Below are positions 60,050 to 64,000 of a DNA stretch of 64,000 nt, one piece after another. The DNA lies in the IMG/VR virus record IMGVR_UViG_3300028886_000003, positions 1-64,000 of that record; one strand, given 5' to 3'. Every line of letters starts with the position of its first letter. Positions within the stretch are counted from its first letter, which is position 1. The notes below the pieces were generated by a model. The model worked only from the letters and a program-made list of their open reading frames with translations, did no database searches and was not told the DNA's origin. A program made the position numbers and the translations under genes. This DNA comes from a virus. Lineage: Duplodnaviria; Caudoviricetes.

Positions 60050-60922
60050 CTACTCCTCCATAAAATCATCCAAAGTAATTATGCCTTCTTTCCATTCTTC
60101 CACAAATTTCCAAAATTGCTCTTCAGTATTATCTCCATAACCATGCTTTTGATGAAAAGCATCATGTAATTCTTCACAAATAACAACAACATTATCCAAA
60201 TCAATCCTACCTTCAACACACCAGTTATAACCATTTAAATGATGAACAACTAAATTATTAGTTTTTTTACCAGTAATTTCACATTTACCATTAGCCCTTT
60301 CACGTGCTGGTATAAATAAATCTAAAAAATAACTACCCTGATCAAAACATTCTAATTCCCTTTGAACAAGAAATGGTGGTACAAAACTTTTTAAATCTTC
60401 AATAGATATATCATATTTTTTAGATAATTCTTTATACACTTGTTCATATCTTTTTTTTTGATATTCTTTTTGATGTTCTATTATTTTTTCTTTATTATTT
60501 TGATAATATTGTCTTTTTTGTTTTTTTATTTTTTCTTTATTGTCTTGATAATATTGTTTTATTTTTTCTTTATTATCTTGACAATATTGTTTTTGATGTT
60601 CTTTTATTTTTTCTTTATTTTTTTGATAATATCGTCTATTCTGTTCTTTTATTTTTTCTTTATTATCTTGTTTATATTGTCTATTCTGTTCTTTTATTTT
60701 TTCTTTATTATTTTGATAATATTGTTTAAAATATTTTTTATTTTTTTGATAATATTGTCTATTCTGTTCTTTTATTTTTTCTTTATTATCTTGACAATAT
60801 TGTCTATTCCGTTCTTTCATTTTTTCTTTATTATTTTCTTCACTACATTCTTTAGAACAAGTAATAGTATTTCCTTTTGCATCAAATTCTTTACCACAAA
60901 TTACACAATTCTTTACCACCAT
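60050..60922 (-). CDS. HNH endonuclease with an N-terminal Zn finger and a 15-aa repeat coiled coil (copy 1)
   Basis: CxxC...CSxxC finger, YYQDNKEKIKE repeats, and 'CEITG...VVHHLNG...DNVVVICEELHDAFH'. Confidence 0.8.
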   Translation of the reverse strand: MVVKNCVICGKEFDAKGNTITCSKECSEENNKEKMKERNRQYCQDNKEKIKEQNRQYYQKNKKYFKQYYQNNKEKIKEQNRQYKQDNKEKIKEQNRRYYQKNKEKIKEHQKQYCQDNKEKIKQYYQDNKEKIKKQKRQYYQNNKEKIIEHQKEYQKKRYEQVYKELSKKYDISIEDLKSFVPPFLVQRELECFDQGSYFLDLFIPARERANGKCEITGKKTNNLVVHHLNGYNWCVEGRIDLDNVVVICEELHDAFHQKHGYGDNTEEQFWKFVEEWKEGIITLDDFMEE

Positions 60923-62310
60923 AAAAACATCACCTTATTACTCTTCCATAAAATCATCTAAAGTAACTAATCCTTTTTCCCATTCTTCAACAAATTTCCA
61001 AAATTGCTCTTCAGTATTATCTCCATAACCATATTTATTATGAAATGCAATATGCAATTCTTCACAAATAACAACAACATTATCTAAGTCCATTCTACCT
61101 TCAACACACCAGTTATAACCATTTAAATGGTGAACAACTAAATTCTTAGTTTTTTTACCAGTAATTTCGCATTTGCCATTAGCTCTTTCATGTGCTGGTA
61201 TAAACAAATCTAAAAAATAACTACCCTGATCAAAACAGTCCAGTTCTCTTTTAACAATAAATAGTGGCAAATAAACTTTTAAATCTTCAATAGATATATC
61301 ATATTTTTTAGATAATTCTTTATACACTTGCTCATATTTTTCTTTTTGATATTCTATTTGATATTCTATTATTTTTTCTCTATTATTTTGATAATATTCT
61401 TTTACTTTTTCTTTATTTTTTTGATAATACTGTCTTCTTCGCTCTCTTTCTTTTTCTTTATTATCTTGATAATACTGTCTTCTTTGTTTATTTATTTTTT
61501 CTCTATTTTCTTGACGATATCGTCTGCTTTGTTCTTTTAGTTTTTCTTTATTTTTTTGACGATATTGTCTACTTCGTTCTCTTTCTTTTTCTTTATTATC
61601 TTGATAATACTGTCTTCTTTGTTCATTTATTTTTTCTTTATTATCTTGACGATATTGTCTTTGATATTCTTTTACTTTTTCTTTATTATCTTGATAATAC
61701 TGTCTTTGATATTCTCTTTGATATTCTTTTACTGTTTCTTTATTTTTTTGATAATACTGTCTTCGATATTCATTTACTTTTTCTTTATTATTTTGACGAT
61801 ATTGTTTTCGATTTTGCTGTCTTCTTTTTATACTACATTTTTTAGAACAAGTAATAGCATTTCCTTTTGCATCAAATTCTTCACCACAAACTACACAATT
61901 TTTCATCACCATAAAAACATCACCTTATTGTTTCTCCTTATTTTTTTGATAATATTGTCTTTGATATTCTTTTAGTTTTTCTTTATTGTCTTGATAATAC
62001 TGTCTTCTTTGTTCATTTATTTTTTCTCTATTTTCTTGATAATACTGTCTTCTTTGTTTATTTATTTTTTCTTTATTGTCTTGATAATACTGTCTTCTTT
62101 GTTTATTTATTTTTTCTCTATTTTTTTGACGATATTGTCTTTGATATTCTTTTATTTTTTCTTTATTGTCTTGATAATATTGTTTTATTTTTTCTTTATT
62201 ATCTTGACAATATTGTTTTTGATGTTCTTTTATTTTTTCTTTATTATTTTGATAATATCGTTTATATTGTTCCCTTATTTTTTCTCTATTTTTTTGATAA
62301 TATTCTTTTT
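60440..62310 (-). repeat. Three tracts of degenerate ~45-bp (and 33-bp) coding tandem repeats
   Basis: Unit is approximately QYYQDNKEKIKEQxR. 60524-60619 is identical to 62150-62245 (96 bp). Confidence 0.9.
60938..61912 (-). CDS. HNH endonuclease with an N-terminal Zn finger and repeat coiled coil (copy 2)
   Basis: Nearly identical N- and C-terminal domains to copy 1, with a longer repeat tract. Confidence 0.8.
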   Translation of the reverse strand: MVMKNCVVCGEEFDAKGNAITCSKKCSIKRRQQNRKQYRQNNKEKVNEYRRQYYQKNKETVKEYQREYQRQYYQDNKEKVKEYQRQYRQDNKEKINEQRRQYYQDNKEKERERSRQYRQKNKEKLKEQSRRYRQENREKINKQRRQYYQDNKEKERERRRQYYQKNKEKVKEYYQNNREKIIEYQIEYQKEKYEQVYKELSKKYDISIEDLKVYLPLFIVKRELDCFDQGSYFLDLFIPAHERANGKCEITGKKTKNLVVHHLNGYNWCVEGRMDLDNVVVICEELHIAFHNKYGYGDNTEEQFWKFVEEWEKGLVTLDDFMEE

Positions 62311-62446
62311 TAGCTAACTTAACATATGGAGCACAATATTGTCTATATTTATCAAATCTTTTTTTATGACATTCTTTAGAACAAGTAATAGCAGTTGTTC
62401 TTGTTTCAAATTCTTTACCACAAGTTACACATTTTTTTATCACCAT
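61925..62446 (-). CDS. Zn finger + repeat coiled-coil paralog lacking the HNH domain (copy 3)
   Basis: AAGGTGA RBS before the ATG at 62446 (MVIKKC...). It ends right after the repeat tract. Confidence 0.75.
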   Translation of the reverse strand: MVIKKCVTCGKEFETRTTAITCSKECHKKRFDKYRQYCAPYVKLAKKEYYQKNREKIREQYKRYYQNNKEKIKEHQKQYCQDNKEKIKQYYQDNKEKIKEYQRQYRQKNREKINKQRRQYYQDNKEKINKQRRQYYQENREKINEQRRQYYQDNKEKLKEYQRQYYQKNKEKQ

Positions 62447-62496
62447 AAATATCACCTTATTATTTTTTTTTGTAATTATTATTTTATCAATACTCA

Positions 62497-62512
62497 TATA
62501 TAAATGTTTTGG
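62497..62512 (-). promoter_or_regulatory. Archaeal BRE/TATA promoter for the HNH cluster
   Basis: Minus strand reads ccaaaacaTTTATATA, about 50 nt upstream of the ATG at 62446 and just after the oligo-T tract that ends nrdD. Confidence 0.6.
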
Positions 62513-62526
62513 AATATTAAAAAAAA

Positions 62527-63999
62527 TTATGCTATCTTTTGTCGATAGCGATCTTTAAATTCTTGTTTTTTCCCATTATTAAATGTATCAATACATAAAT
62601 AATAGCCCGTTATTCTGTCATATATATATAAATGCTCTGATTCACACATAGGACATACATTAAGATTATCATTAATTGTAAAACCACATTCAGGACAATA
62701 AGTAAATACCTTACTATACGCCCAAAATATTACACCTGTTTCAAGTATTTTTTTATTTAATGACCAAAGAGCTTCACCATCACTCCAAACTTCTCCAAGC
62801 CAAATATGTAATATATTACCACCAAGAGATAATGGATGATAAATTGCTGCATTTTTAATATGATCCACAATATTTGTTTCTTGTGATACAGGAATATGAG
62901 AAGAGTTAGTTAAATAATAACTACCTTTTACTCCTTGAATTGGTGCATTAGGATATTTTTCTTTTATTATTTCCGCAAATCTATGAGATGCAGATTCAGC
63001 TGGACTACCAATAACAGACCATCTTAATCCATCTTTTTCATGGAATAAATCCTTTTTACTATTAATTGCATTAAGTATTGCTTCTCCACTTTCATCTCCA
63101 AGTATTTGCAAGCATTCATACAATCCACAATAACCAATTGTAATTGTAGTACGATCAATATCCCATAATGGTTCTCCAGTTTCTTGATCTTTTTGTAATA
63201 AAAAATCAGACATATGTTTATTATATATAGCATCTATTACACATTTTTCTCTATAAATAAGTGTATCATATATAATATCACAATAATGGAATAATAAATT
63301 ATAAAATTCTTGTCTTAACGATGTATTAGCTTTAGAATCTTCTGACATCTCTTCATATTTATCTTTAGCAGCCAATGCTATAAGTGGTAAATTAAGAGTA
63401 CTATACATAAAATTACCAGTGTTCATACTATCTTTTTCATAATCACCTGTATAATTAACTGGTAAAGCAGTTCTACATCCCATTACAGTACGTTCCATTT
63501 CCATACAATTTACATAATAAAGAGTTGGATTGTTTGCTCCTTTCTCATGAAGCAATTTACAATTTCCAGTATACTCATCAAGATCTCCTTTACGAATATT
63601 AAATAATATATTTGGGAAGCGATGATAAGCACCTGATCCATCTTTTTCTTCACTTACTTCAAGTATTGCTCTAAAAATAAGATCTGCTTCTTCTTGATAA
63701 TCACCATATACTCCATTTGCCACACCTTCAGGTCCAATTGCTGGTTCATTTTTAAGCACATCAGGTATTGATAAATCGACTCCAATGCTTGAAAATAATA
63801 TTTGACCTCCACGACAAACTAAACTCATATTACAATTAAATATAAAACCTTGGATTGCTTGTTTGATTTCCTCATAAGTTCTACCTCTTGCAAATGGTGC
63901 AAGTAGTGTGTTAAAATTAACATATCCTTGACCACCGGAAAATACTACAGCTCCTGCCATAAATGCTTGCAAAAGATGATTTAATAATACTTCAAGAGT
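62527..63999 (-). CDS. nrdD: Anaerobic ribonucleoside-triphosphate reductase (class III), 5'-truncated by the window end
   Basis: Motifs 'SGGQG', 'RGGQ..FSS', 'MGCRT', 'PAES...RFA', 'Y.TNS.H', the Zn site CPEC...CPMC and the glycyl-radical loop 'RITGYY'. The frame is open to the window end. Confidence 0.95.
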   Translation of the reverse strand, partial: TLEVLLNHLLQAFMAGAVVFSGGQGYVNFNTLLAPFARGRTYEEIKQAIQGFIFNCNMSLVCRGGQILFSSIGVDLSIPDVLKNEPAIGPEGVANGVYGDYQEEADLIFRAILEVSEEKDGSGAYHRFPNILFNIRKGDLDEYTGNCKLLHEKGANNPTLYYVNCMEMERTVMGCRTALPVNYTGDYEKDSMNTGNFMYSTLNLPLIALAAKDKYEEMSEDSKANTSLRQEFYNLLFHYCDIIYDTLIYREKCVIDAIYNKHMSDFLLQKDQETGEPLWDIDRTTITIGYCGLYECLQILGDESGEAILNAINSKKDLFHEKDGLRWSVIGSPAESASHRFAEIIKEKYPNAPIQGVKGSYYLTNSSHIPVSQETNIVDHIKNAAIYHPLSLGGNILHIWLGEVWSDGEALWSLNKKILETGVIFWAYSKVFTYCPECGFTINDNLNVCPMCESEHLYIYDRITGYYLCIDTFNNGKKQEFKDRYRQKIA

Positions 64000-64000
64000 C

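Larger units (their letters stand above)
1..64000. mobile_element. Segment of a large tailed (myovirus-like, Caudoviricetes) virus or provirus of Methanobacteriales
   Basis: Gene order is TMP, hub, spike, gpJ, gp25, fibres. It also carries a pseudomurein-binding endolysin, an archaeal histone and nrdD, with GAGG/AGGTGA ribosome-binding sites and archaeal TATA boxes. No cellular housekeeping operons are present. Confidence 0.9.

Noticed and set aside
60440-62310. Regular ~45-bp repeats as a CRISPR array
   Set aside because: The repeats are contiguous, degenerate and in-frame coding, with no unique spacers and no cas genes.
60440-62317. Phe/Ile/Leu-rich + strand ORFs (60440..60961, 61328..61540, 61556..61975, 61991..62317) that look like membrane proteins
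   Set aside because: They are antisense shadows of the K/E/Q/Y repeat tracts in the HNH genes and have no RBS.
62527-63999. Intein or group I intron in nrdD linked to the HNH genes
   Set aside because: NrdD motifs are collinear and uninterrupted, and the HNH genes lie downstream behind their own promoter.
1-64000. tRNA/rRNA genes, integrase/att sites, IS elements, stop-codon reassignment
   Set aside because: The intergenic gaps are short and AT-rich with no cloverleaf. No integrase or transposase ORF is present, and genes are long and intact under the standard code.

Overview
A very AT-rich, gene-dense 64 kb segment of a large tailed archaeal virus (or provirus) with a contractile, myovirus-type tail. 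It most likely infects a pseudomurein-walled methanogen (Methanobacteriales, probably Methanobrevibacter). The + strand (1-57628) is one long morphogenesis arm: a 5'-truncated tape measure protein; a tail-tip and baseplate block (two paralogous hub N-halves, a hub C-half fused to a transglutaminase-like lysin, a spike with Cys-rich repeats, and gpJ-like and gp25-like wedges); and about 42 kb of giant adhesin and fibre genes (3868, 2470, 1711, 1143, 933 and 896 aa) built from Ig-like, DUF11-like, beta-helix and zinc-ribbon modules resembling host adhesin-like proteins. A pseudomurein endolysin (PMBR + C39-like) is embedded among the fibre genes and a putative holin ends the arm. The convergent - strand arm (57629-64000) encodes an HMf-type archaeal histone variant, small ORFs, a tandem triplication of Zn-finger/coiled-coil HNH genes with a relic fourth copy, and a 5'-truncated anaerobic ribonucleotide reductase (NrdD). 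Most notable observations: a start-less spare receptor-binding-head cassette one base out of frame behind a tail fibre gene; a viral histone with a charge reversal in a DNA-contacting loop; a possible Ig domain split between two genes; and a recurrent WTTAGA motif about 50 nt upstream of operon starts. All family assignments come from motif recognition by eye; no searches were run.
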